Assembly: GCA_051294375.1 (NCBI GenBank)
Contig: CM119269.1
Coordinates: 20,941,665-21,005,664, forward strand
DNA: 64,000 nt
Reading direction: 5' to 3'
Source: Paraspadella gotoi
Lineage: Eukaryota > Animalia > Chaetognatha
Below are positions 1 to 15,241 of this stretch, piece after piece; within the stretch, counting starts at the first letter, position 1; each line of letters begins with the position of its first letter. The position numbers and the translations under genes were made by a program. The notes below the pieces were generated by a model that worked only from the letters and a program-made list of their open reading frames with translations, ran no database searches and had not been told where the DNA came from.

Positions 1-471
1 TGGGAAAAATATTTCTAAATTATATATTTCAATGTCAAAACATAATCATAAAAAAATTACTATATATGTATATGAAGGCCTATATTCAGTAGATAAGTCC
101 TTTTAATATAAAAATTTTCCTTCAATCATTTGGCATAGTTTATAATTTTTTTTAAATTTAAATTATTTGAAAAAAAATTAAAGAATATTTTAATAATTAA
201 TAATTAATTACAAATAAACTATTAAACATAAAATAAAGGTTAAGGACTCAAACGAAAGGAATTGTTTATAGATTATGGAAAATATATAATATTTTCAATT
301 TTTAAAAATTTACAACCATTTTTAATTTTTTTATTTTACTTTATTGATTTTGTATAGCTAATTTTTAAAATTAATTTATAAAAAAACTCTCATTAGGAAA
401 TATTTGATTGCCTTTTTTTTGTGTATTCTTGTGCACTTCGTGCCGATTAAATCGATGTAAAAACAAACCGT

Positions 472-680
472 TGAAGAGACAGTAATTATTGTTGTGTTAG
501 TGACAGAACCATTCAATATAAGCAGTGTTACTGGCGGGTTAAGCGCCCTGTCCCTCTTAAATGCTAAGGGACTAGCGGGCTAGAACCCCGGACCTTTGGG
601 TTTGGAGGCGAATGACTTGCCTCTGGCACCAATGGCCGCTGAAGAACGGTTGGTGGATTTTAGTCCACCATACCGCTTCC
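472..680 (-). mobile_element. tRNA-derived SINE family A, internally deleted copy
   Basis: Minus strand has an A-box-like TGGTGCCAGAGG and a B-box-like GGTTCTAGCC, and shares body and tail with the 8567-8795 copy. It lacks ~30 nt of the twister-like core. Confidence 0.75.
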
Positions 681-1909
681 ATACATTTAACTATAAAATA
701 AATCTTAATTTTTTATTTTCATGATCTTTAATAAACACATTAACAATATTTATACCGGACTTCTGTTAGTTTGTAACCTGTTCCGCCTTAATAATTAGGT
801 TAGGGAGTCAAACAATTCTGTCGGAAAGGTTTTAATAAACAACATTAACATTTGACAATCTTTTAGTTATATAAAGATTGGACATTCGGTCATTTAACGA
901 TAATAGATTTTGGATATGAAATTTAATGTAGACATCAAGTCGGGGAATATTTTTTTTTCATCGGCGAGAAGTTTAAACCAAAATTATCCCATTTGATTGA
1001 GACAGCATGGGATTTTACTTAACCTCGTTGGCTGAGAGCAAAAGTGTCTGTGTGTGTGTGAGAGAGAGAAAGAGAGAGAAAGAGAGAGAAAGGGAGAGAA
1101 AGAGAGAGATGACGATGATAAAATACTGCTAAAAACGCCCGGGATGAGGAGAAACTGCCCTTAGGCGATCCTTTTTTGCGGGTACCCCTCGAGTTTTTAA
1201 CGCTAAATGACCCCGGCGGGGTCTTACCGATTAACTCTATACTTATAAACTATCGATTTGTAAAAGTACCAAAGTACTTTTAAAAAAAAGACCAGGGTAG
1301 CCTAACATAAAGAAAATGCACATAATACACATAATACGTTTATAATACGTTTATTGAATCAACGGAAACCAGTGGCTGCGCCAATACATGTAAATCACTT
1401 TCAAGGTCTTAAACTGAACTGTTACTGCGGCACAAATAACATTTTGCTACTTGCAAAAATATTTTGTAAATCAAAATAATATTTTTTTTGTTTCAATATA
1501 TTATATAATTATATGATTAAAATGTTTTTGATCAATTATCAATTATCGCCCGAAAAACGGTTGAGAAATTTGGTCGTTAAATTTTTTTTTTTACCCGTTA
1601 ATAATAAATATAAATAATAATAATAATATATAAATAATAATAATAAATTCGACCTCGAGTATCGTAATTGACGAAGGGAATAAAATGAAAAAAGAAAGCG
1701 AAGGCCGATAGGAGCCGCCGAAAGGTAAAGGGTAGCGGGTCGATAGGAGCAATGGCGAAATGGATTAAAGAGAGCCTTCCCCTTGCGGTTTCGATCATCC
1801 GACTCGGATAAAAAAAAAAAACTAATTTCAAAGAATTTGTCGCGTGAAAAAAAAAAATACTAATTATCTCTGAAAATCTCGTTAAGGCGAGAGGTTTTTG
1901 CAAGAAAAA

Positions 1910-1967
<58 letters not shown>

Positions 1968-2464
1968 AAATCCCTTTCAAAACCCTATGACAGTCCAATT
2001 TTTTCCTCCCGATTCCAAGCGGAAAGTCGTTATTTTTTTTTCCGACTTAGCGAGTTAAGCGCCCAATCTATCGCGCTCATTCGATTCGAAATGACAAAGG
2101 ATAATGAGACTGACGAATTTTCTAAAAAAAAATAATTCACGGAAAATCTGCGCAGCCGCTGCCGAATTAGCTGTAAAAGGAGGGCGGGAGGAGGGGCGGT
2201 CGGAGAGGCTCGTTGAAAATTATTGTGACCCGTTGTCAGGTCGTCGAGAAAAAAAAAAGGAATTTAGCGTTGACATGGAGACGGGCGTCCAATCGAGAGC
2301 CGTCGCCCCTGACACCGACGAATCGGGCGGCGCCGAAGCAGCGTTCCGATATCCGACGAAATCCGACGCCGAAATTAAATTATCTCCACGGCTGAGATAA
2401 GGAGGAAACTGGGAGGAGGGTGAGGCCGAGTGGGAGAAGGTTTGGATCAAGAGTAAAAAAAAAA

Positions 2465-2755
2465 GGGCCTTATTTTCCTGGAACGCCAAATTTCGTCTAA
2501 AATTCGGAATAATAACATTTTTTTTAGGATTAAAAATTAGGTTAGAGGTTTGGGTAGAGATTAAAGATTAGGGTTTAAGGTTAGCGGTAAGGGTTAATTA
2601 TTACTGATGAATATTTTTGGTTTGCGTTAAGCATTAGGATTATAGGGGTTAGGAATTGGGTAATAAGTTTGTCAATAGATTTAAATTAAATTCAGGGTTA
2701 AAATTAAGTTCAGGAATTAAGAATCTGAAATGAGGCACCATTGGAAAAGAGAGCC
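2465..2755. mobile_element. MITE-like element with imperfect TIRs and degenerate TTAGGG-like interior
   Basis: 5' end ggccttattttcctggaacgccaaatttc resembles the reverse complement of the 3' end, ggctctcttttccaatggtgcctcatttc. Interior has ttagggtttaaggttagcggtaagggtta. A related copy lies at 22545-22884 and the palindrome mirror at ~6012-6281. Confidence 0.55.
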
Positions 2756-5700
2756 GAAAAGTAAACGACACCATGAACTATTAATGAAAAACAAAGGGAG
2801 AAAAGGAAGACCTGGAATCCAGTCATACCTTGATATTTAAGGGGATGAGAGAATAAAGAAGAAAAGAGGGGAAACTTATAAGAAAGATTCAAAAGGAGAA
2901 TATTGGCTAAGGAGAACAGGAAGCTCTAGAAATGATACTTAAGAAAAAAAAGTAAGAGCCCTCTAGAAAAGGAAAAAGACGTAGAACACATGGCGAGGGC
3001 GGGAAACCAAAGCCAAAAAGTTTAATTTGAGAAAAGAGGAGTAAGAAAGGTAACGAGAGGAAGAGAGAGGGGGTAAAAAAAAAGGTGAGACAGGTTACGC
3101 AAGCGGCGCGCAGAAGGTGGTCCTTAACGTAGAGCCGCTCACGGGTCCAGAATCGGGTATGGGGCTTTTAATCCTGTTTTGTTGTACCTTAACATTGGAA
3201 GAGATAGAGGGAAAGAGATCACAAAATAAATTTATTAAAAACATGCTAATTTTATAATTAGTGAACGCTTACTGTCGAATCCTTTGCCTCAACTCTCGGG
3301 GGTTCGGGAGATTTCGACCGAAGGCTCGTAGTGGATGTAAAATCTCGACCCTGGAGGCATAGAAAATAATAAACATTTTCTACACTTACTTTAAAATTAC
3401 TTTTGTCTATTCAAAACTATTTGAACGCTTTAAGCGGCTAGAAATGAAAGGAGGGTGAGACAGAGGGGATAGAAGTCGGATTTTGTAGCTCAATTTTTCC
3501 ATTTCTTGTCGAAAGTCCTGTTCAACTCTCGTTTTAAACCACATTTCTGCATCCTTCTGCAAATCATTTTCGTTGCTTCACTTCAAGCTATCTCCTGTAA
3601 TACATTTGTATTTGCTTTGCCACATCAATTTTTTCGCTCCCTTTGCCACGCTTGACACCTCTTACTTGGCCATTTTTTATTCCCATTCTTTTTTCCCTCC
3701 ACATCCCCTTTTTTTTCTCCCCGCCCACGTCACTGGCGCGCCTGGAGTGACGGGGGCGAAGGCCGCCCCTTTCGACAGCGGGCGTCGCTAAATTCCATTT
3801 TGCGAAAACAAAGGGAATTGGAAAAATCCGAACAGATTTAGCGGGTGGTGAAAAAAAAAGGGGGAGGAAATTGAAGGGTGATTGAATAATGAAATATTGT
3901 GGAACCAGGAAAGAACGTTTAGTTTTCAGAAGTGATCGTCATCTTCCCCCCCAAAAAATTATTTTAATTTAAAAAAAAATAAATAAAAACTAAGGGTAGG
4001 TTAGTGACGTTTTCACCTTGGAAAGGTCGACTTTAAAATCCAATTTTATTTTGAGAAAAAAATCTCAAAATCTCTTTAAGTTTATCGGTCATATTTTCGA
4101 ATCTCCCGTAAAATCGAGTGACTTGAATATCAAGTAAATCAGTTAAATATGACGAAAATTCATAGAGAAAAATAAATAAGAGAAGAGCAAATATAATTAT
4201 CAAAAATTTGAGAAAAAAATGAGAAAAAATATTCCCTTTTTACGAACTTCACTCACCAATTCTTTCCTTTCCTCCTCACCCTCTTTCATTTCTTTTTATT
4301 CCTCGTTCTTTTTTTTTCCCCGACTTCCTTGGCTCGTATTTTTCTTTCTTTCCTCTCACGATAAACGTAACTCGAACCGTTCTCTTTTCCTCTGTGAATG
4401 AAAGGAAAAGAAGGGAGAGGAAGAAAGGAAAGGAAAGGAAAGGAGGAAGGAAAGAAGAAAAATACGAGCAAGGAAGTCGGGGAAAAAAAAAAGAACGAGG
4501 AATTAAAAAGAAATGAAAGAGGGTGAGGAGGAAAGGAAAGAATTGGTGAGTGAAGTCGTAAAAAGGGAATATTTTTTCTCATTTTTTTTCTCAAATTTTT
4601 GATAATTATATTTCTGTCTTCTCTTATTTATTTTCCTATGAATTTCGTCATATTTAACTGATTTACTTGATATTCAAGTCACTCGATTTTACGGGAGCAT
4701 TCGAAATATGACCGATAAACTTAAAGAAATTTTGAGATTTTTTTCTCAAAATAAAATTGGATTTTAAAGTCGACCTTTCCAAGGTGAAAACGTCACCTAA
4801 CCTACCCTTAGTTTTTATTTATTTTTTTTTAAAGTTAAAATAATTTTTTGGGGGAAGATGACGATCATCTTCTGAAAACTAAACGTTCTTTCCTGGTTCC
4901 ACAATATTTCATTATTCAATCACCCTTCAATTTCCTCCCCTTTTTTTTTCACCACCCGCTAAATCTGTTCGGATTTTTCCAATTCCTTTGTTTTCGCAAA
5001 AATGGAATTTAGCGACGCCCGCTGTCGAAACGGGCGGCCTTCGCCCCGTCACTCCAGGCGCGCCAGGGACGTGGGCGGAGAGAAAAAAAGGGGATGTGAG
5101 GGAAAAAAGAATGGGAATAAAAAATGGCCAAGTAGAGGTGTCAAGCGTGCAAAGGGAGCGAAAAATTGATGTGGCAAAGCAAATACAAATCGTTATTACA
5201 GGAGATAGCTTTGAAGTTGAAGCAACGAAAATGATTTGCAGAAGGATGCAGAAATGTGGTTTAAAACGAAGTTGAACTTTCGACAAGAAATGGAAAAATT
5301 GAGCTACCAAATCCGACTTCTATTCCCTCTGTCTCACCCTCCTTTCATTTCTAGCCGCTTAAAGCGTTCAAATAGTTTTGAATAGACAAAAGTAATTTAA
5401 AGTAAGTGTAGAAAATGTTTATTATTTTTCTATGCTCCAGGGCGAATTTTACATCCACTACGATGCCTTCGTCGAAATCTCCGAACCCCGAGAGTTAGGG
5501 CAAAGGATTCGATAATTATAAAATTAGCATGTTTTTAATAAATTTATTTTGTGATCTCTTTCCCTCTACTCTTCCAATGTTAAGGTACAACAAAACAGGA
5601 TTAAAAGCCCCATACTCGATTCTGGACCCGTGAGCGGCTCTACGTTAAGGACCACCTTCTGCGCGCCGCTTGCGTAACCTGTCTCACCTTTTTTTTACCC

Positions 5701-6772
5701 CCTTCTCTTCCTCTCGTTACCTTTTCTTACTCCTCTTTCTCAAATTAAACTTTTTGGCTTTGGTTTCCCGCCGCTCTGCAGTTACGTCTTTTTCCTTTTC
5801 TCGCGACTCTGTGGCAACTCTGACTTTTTTTTTTAGATATCATTTCTAGAGCTTTTTTCTTTTAGCCATATACTACCTTTTGAATCTTTCTTATAATGTT
5901 CCCCTCTTTTCTTCTTTATTCTCTCATCCCCTTAAATATCAAGGTATGACTGGATTCAGTCTTCTTTCTCCCTTTGTTTTTCATTAATAGTTCATGGTGT
6001 CGTTTACTTTTCGGCTCTCCTTTTCAATGGTGCCTCATTTCAGATTCTTAATTCCTGAACTTAATTTTAACCCTGAATTTAATTTAAATCTATTGACAAA
6101 CTTATTACCCAATCCTAACCCCTATAATCCTAATGCTTACGCAAACCAAAAATATTCATCAGTAATAATTAACCCTTACCGCTAACCTTAAACCCTAATC
6201 TTTACCCACATATCTAATTCTTTACCCAAACCTTAACCTAATTTTTAATCCGAAATTTGGCGTTCGGGAAAAATAAGGCCCTTTTTTTTTTAAACTCTTG
6301 ATCCAAACCTTCTCCCACTCGGCCTCACCCTCCTCCCAGTTTCTCTTATCTCAGCCGTGGAGTAATTTAATTTCGGCTTCGGATTTCGTCGGATATCGGA
6401 ACGCTGCATCGCGCCGCCGATTCGTCGGTGTCAGGGGCGACGGCTCTCTCGATTGGAGCCCGTCTCCATGTCAACGCTAAATTCCTTCTTTTTTTTTCTC
6501 GGCGACCTGACAACGGGTCACAATAATTTCAACGAGCCTCCGCGACCGCCCCTTCCGCCCTCCTTTTACATGCTATTCGGCAGCGGCTGCGCAGATTTTC
6601 CGTGAATTATTTTTTTTTAGAAAATTCGTCAGTCTCATTATCCTTTGTCATTTCGAATCGAATGAGCGCGATAGATTGGGCGCTTACTCGCTAAGTCGGA
6701 AAAAAAAAATAACGACTTTCCGCTTGGAATCGGGAGGAAAAAATTGGACTGTCATAGGTTTTGAAAGGATTT

Positions 6773-6826
<54 letters not shown>

Positions 6827-8054
6827 TTTTTTTTTCGCCAAAAAAACCTCTGCGCCTTTAACGAAATTTCAGAGATAATTAGTATTTTTTTTTTTCCACG
6901 CCGACAAATTCTTTGAATTAGTTTTTTTTTTTTATCCGAGTCGGATGATCGAAAACCGCAAGGGGAAGGCTTCTTTTTAATCCATTTCGCCATTGCTCTA
7001 TCGACGCCGCTCCCTTTACCTTTCGGCGGCTCCTATCGCCTTCGCTTCTTTTTTCATTTATTCCCTTCGTCAATTACGATACTCGAGGAGCGAATTTATA
7101 TATATTATTTATATATTATTATTATTATTATATATTTATTATTAACGGGTAAAAAAAAAATTTAACGACCAATTTCTCAACCGTTTTTCGGGCGATAATT
7201 GATAATTGATCAACCATTTTAATCTAATAATATATAATATATTGAAACAAAAAAATATTATTTTTGATTACAAAATATTTTTGCAAGTAGAAAATGTTAT
7301 TTATTGTGCGCAGTAACAGTTCAGTTTAAGACCTTGAAAGTGATTTACATGTATTGGGCAGCCACTGGTTTCCGTTGATTCAATAAACGTATTATAAACG
7401 TATTATGTGTATTATGTGCATTTTTCTTTTGTTAGGCTCACCTGGTCTTTTTTTTAAAAAGTACTTTCGGTCTTTTACAATCGATAGTTTATAAGTATAA
7501 GGGTTAATCGTAAGACCCCGCCGGGGTAATTTAGCGTTAAAAACTCGAGGGGTACCCGCAAAAAAGGATCGCCTAAGGGCTTTTTCTCCTCATCCCGGGC
7601 GTTTTTAGCAGTATTTTATCATCGTCATCTCTCTCTTTCTCTCCCTTTCTCTCTCTTTCTCTCTCTTCTCTCTCTCACACACAACACAGACACTTTTGCT
7701 CTCAGCCAAACGAGGTTAAGTAAAATCCATGCTGTCTCAATCAAATGGGATATTTTTTGGTTTAAACTTCTCGCCGATGAAAAAAAAATTATTCCCCGAC
7801 TTGATGTCTACATTAAATTTCATATCAAAATCTATTATCGTTAAATGACCGAATGTCCAATCTTATATAACTAAAAGATTGTAAAATGTTAATGTTTGTT
7901 TAAAAACCTTTCCGACTAGATTGTTTGACTCCTAACCTAATTATTAAGGCGGAACAGGTTACAAACTAACAGAGTCCGATATAATATTGTTAATGTGTTT
8001 ATTAAGATCATGAAAATAAAAAATTAAGATTTTATTTTATATTTAAATGTATGG

Positions 8055-8260
8055 AAGCGGTATGGTGGACTAAAATCCACCAACCGTTCTTTCAGCGGCC
8101 ATTTGGTGCCAGAGGCAAGTCATTCGCCTCCAACCAAAGGTCCGGGGTTCTAGCCGCTAGTCCCTTAGCATTTAAGAGGACAGGGCGCTTAACCCGCCAG
8201 TAACACTGCTTATATTGAATGGTTCTGTCACTAACACAACAATAATTACTGTCTCTTCAA
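8055..8260 (+). mobile_element. SINE family A, mirror copy of 472-680 inside the palindrome
   Basis: Reverse complement of 472-680. Confidence 0.7.
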
Positions 8261-8566
8261 CGGTTTGTTTTACATCGATTTAATCGGCACGAAGTGCACA
8301 AGAATACACAAAAACCAGTTTGAGCAAACAATGTCGGATCTGCTACAAAATTAATTAATTAAATAATCGATTAATTAATTAATTAATTAATTTAATATTT
8401 AATATATAATTTATATACAGCTTATCATCATCGATGTCCTTAAAATAAAGTAAATGTGACTTATATTTTTTCCACTGGTTGTGGGCGGAAATTGCATCGC
8501 CAGGTTGAGGCATGTCGCCTGAAAGTATTGTTGTTGCTGTTGTGTTTGGAACGTCGGGCTCACCAA

Positions 8567-8795
8567 TGAAGAGATAGTAATTTTTGTTATGTGTTAGTGA
8601 CAGAACCGTTCACATGAGCAGTCCCTGAGCTTCGGACAGGCTGTAACACCATGTTACAGCGGGTTAAGCGCCCCGTCCCTCTTAACTGCTAGGCGGCCCA
8701 CGGCTAGAACCCCGGACCTTTGGGTTCGGGAGGCGAATGACTTGCCTCCGGCACCAATGGCCGCTGATGAATGGTTGGTGGATTTAGTCCACCAT
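8567..8795 (-). mobile_element. tRNA-derived SINE family A, near full length, with twister-like core
   Basis: Minus-strand head GCGGCCATTGGTGCCGGAGGCAAG...GGTCCGGGGTTCTAGCCG carries A-box- and B-box-like Pol III motifs. A structured body and an AC-rich tail (cactaacacataacaaaaa) follow. A diverged paralogue lies at 472-680. Confidence 0.75.
8617..8690 (-). ncRNA. Twister ribozyme-like motif (type-P5 permutation), possibly degenerate
   Basis: Minus strand: AGCAGTT(P5) AAGAGG GACGG(L1/T1) GGCGCT(P1) TAA CCC GC(T2) TGTAAC-atggt-GTTACA(P3) G CCTG TCCGAAGC(L4) TCAGG(P4) GACTGCT(P5'). Element order and the UAA, GC and YCCNAAGC motifs match the twister consensus. P2 is weak. Confidence 0.55.
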
Positions 8796-9881
8796 AATGA
8801 TACTCCTTAGATTTGTTTAGATAATTGCCAAAACGATGGACGACATCAACACGCGTGGAATATCGAATTCTCCTTCCCCTCGAGTTGCAGAGGGTCGCGA
8901 TCGGGCAGCTTTACACCGTAGCGGAGAGAATGAAGTAGGAATGGATGGAGAAAACAGGGTAAACAGCATAATTTGGACAATTGGTATAATATGGTCAATT
9001 GATTGTAATTTGGTCAAGTGAAATCATAATTTCGGCATCAACTGGCATATATTTGTGCGTCAATCGTAATAATTTGGTCATTGGCATAATTTGGTTAACT
9101 TGCTTAATTTGGTCCACTGACAAAATTAGGACAATTGACATTATGTGCCTTTTGGTTTTTTGTTTTAAACTCTTTTCCACTCCTACGATTCCATCAAAAA
9201 CTTATATCCAGCTTAATCTCATAGTTTCCTACCACACCAAAATTTCATTTTCATTTACTATCCAATTTTTATTCAATTATGAGTAAATATTATAAGTATT
9301 GAATACGAAATTCTTTCCAGAGTGAATTAATATTGCGAGCTACTTGTGTTTTTCGTATTACATCTTATCTGATAACTCATTTCCACTCGGCGACAGATGA
9401 CATTAACGCGAAGGGTTAATTAATTAATAAATTAATAACTAATTAATTGATCCAAAATGTTTGTTTTTCGTAACTTTATGACAAAAGCAACGACGATGAT
9501 GCGACGACGACAATAATGCCGATACATTGACTTGATTGCTTGATGATTAAATAATTAATTAATTGATAAATAAATGGATGATTGAATAAAATTAATAGAT
9601 AAATAATTGATTGATATAATAATTAATTGATTGAGCTGATTAATTAATTATTGACTAATTAATAACTAAATGATTAATTAGAGTTTTTTTGCTAAGGTGA
9701 TGGACGGACAGACGGACGGAACGACAATCGTTTTTTTTTTTGGCATAATTTATCCTAATTCGATGTTCTTACATGATATAAGTGAATGCCCGACAAAATT
9801 GAGGGGGGACCGGACAACCGTCTTAGGAGAATTATAGATGAGATCTTGCTGATAAGCAGATCCGACTAAATTTTAATTGAG

Positions 9882-10085
9882 ATACTTAACCAGACCTTGT
9901 TCTAACTATTAAAGCAATACGACAAGCACAATGCAAAAACCACTATTGACACGGCACTTAAAAAATTCTGAAAGATTGGCCATTTTGGTTGAAAGTCATA
10001 AGGGCTTCCCTTAAAACGCCCTACTTAGCAACAGTTTAGGGGAATTAGATGTGGATATTTCAATCCCGAAAATCAGTTCAATGGC
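9882..10085 (+). repeat. Dispersed repeat fragment (second copy at ~46692-46910)
   Basis: Both copies share the blocks atacttaacca(g/a)accttgttctaa, ttctgaaagattg, ttttggtt(g/a)aaagtc, taaaacgccctacttagc, gaattagatgtg and cccgaaaatc in the same order. Confidence 0.7.
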
Positions 10086-10420
10086 CGATAGGATAGTAAA
10101 GATGTCCTAGTTAATATTTCTAAATGAGTTCTTCATTTGCTCACTTTAGAATTTTCCTTTCAGCTTAGAAATGAGCTACTAAAGTGCATATTGTTGTTTT
10201 GGGTATGCCCTAATCGACTCGGGCTTGAGTGTACGATTTCACGATTTAAGAATAGGAGTTTTTTCTATACTAATAGCCTTCTTAATAGTATAACATTAAC
10301 CTAATTAGTAGTAATTAACATAATTAAGCCTCTAAAACCGGCGCAGAGCAAATTCAAGTAATGTTGCATTCTTTTTAGTAGCTTTTTGTAAAAGCNNNNN
10401 NNNNNNNNNNNNNNNNNNNN

Positions 10421-14754
<4,334 letters not shown>

Positions 14755-14755
<1 letters not shown>

Positions 14756-14868
14756 AAAGACCGTTCCTAGGTAACGCGCAGTGAGGGCGTCACTGAGGGT
14801 GAAGCCCACATGCAACAGTGAGAAGCCATCGCCAATGGGCACATCAGGCAATTGGGCTGTGCCATTCA
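14755..14868 (+). repeat. Fragment of dispersed multi-hairpin element (similar to 31045-31165)
   Basis: gaccgttcctaggtaac...cagtgagggcgtcactgagggtgaagccc...caacagtgaga...ccaatgggca...caggcaa...ggctgtgccat aligns with 31045-31165. Confidence 0.75.
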
Positions 14869-15151
14869 CCGTTTCTTTTCAATCAAAGTTGTACCAACCA
14901 GTTCTTAGATATTTTTTCGTTGGGATGCAAGAAAGATTATATATTTTTGAAAAAAAGAGTTGTTTTTGACCTCAATGAGTGAATAACTTTTTTCAAACAC
15001 TAGAATATATGAGCGTCATGATTGCATAATTCATATTTTTTTTCCGCTTCGTCATTAATTTTTCTCGTTGAAACGCAAAAGTTATGCGCGAGTGGAGTAA
15101 AAATCACCTATCAATATGCGACGAATGACCCTCTGGCGGTAAGTTATGAGA

Positions 15152-15241
<90 letters not shown>

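Larger units (their letters stand above)
416..8314. repeat. ~7.9-kb palindrome (inverted duplication, arms ~416-4353 and ~4445-8314)
   Basis: The right arm is the reverse complement of the left throughout, e.g. 421 gtgtattcttgtgcacttcgtgccg vs ~8285-8309 cggcacgaagtgcacaagaatacac, and 4321 cgacttccttggctcgtatt vs ~4461 aatacgagcaaggaagtcg. The spacer is ~90 nt. Arms differ mainly by 1-bp indels. Confidence 0.95.

Noticed and set aside
638-682. Hammerhead ribozyme at CTGAAGA/CTGATGA + hairpin (also 8764-8800)
   Set aside because: No GAAA follows the stem and there is no stem III/NUH. It is the antisense of the SINE 5' region.
2104-2489. Possible exons here and at 8821-8934, 25500-25633 and 28146-28271
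   Set aside because: They are GC-richer and partly open, but have no recognisable domain or unambiguous phase link. They are left uncalled.
8690-8765. Functional tRNA genes (also 55420-55485)
   Set aside because: A and B boxes are present, but there is no clean cloverleaf or poly-T terminator and they run into repeat bodies, so they are SINE heads.
9882-9900. U1 snRNA start (atacttaacc)
   Set aside because: It is not ATACTTACCTG and has no further U1 similarity or Sm site.
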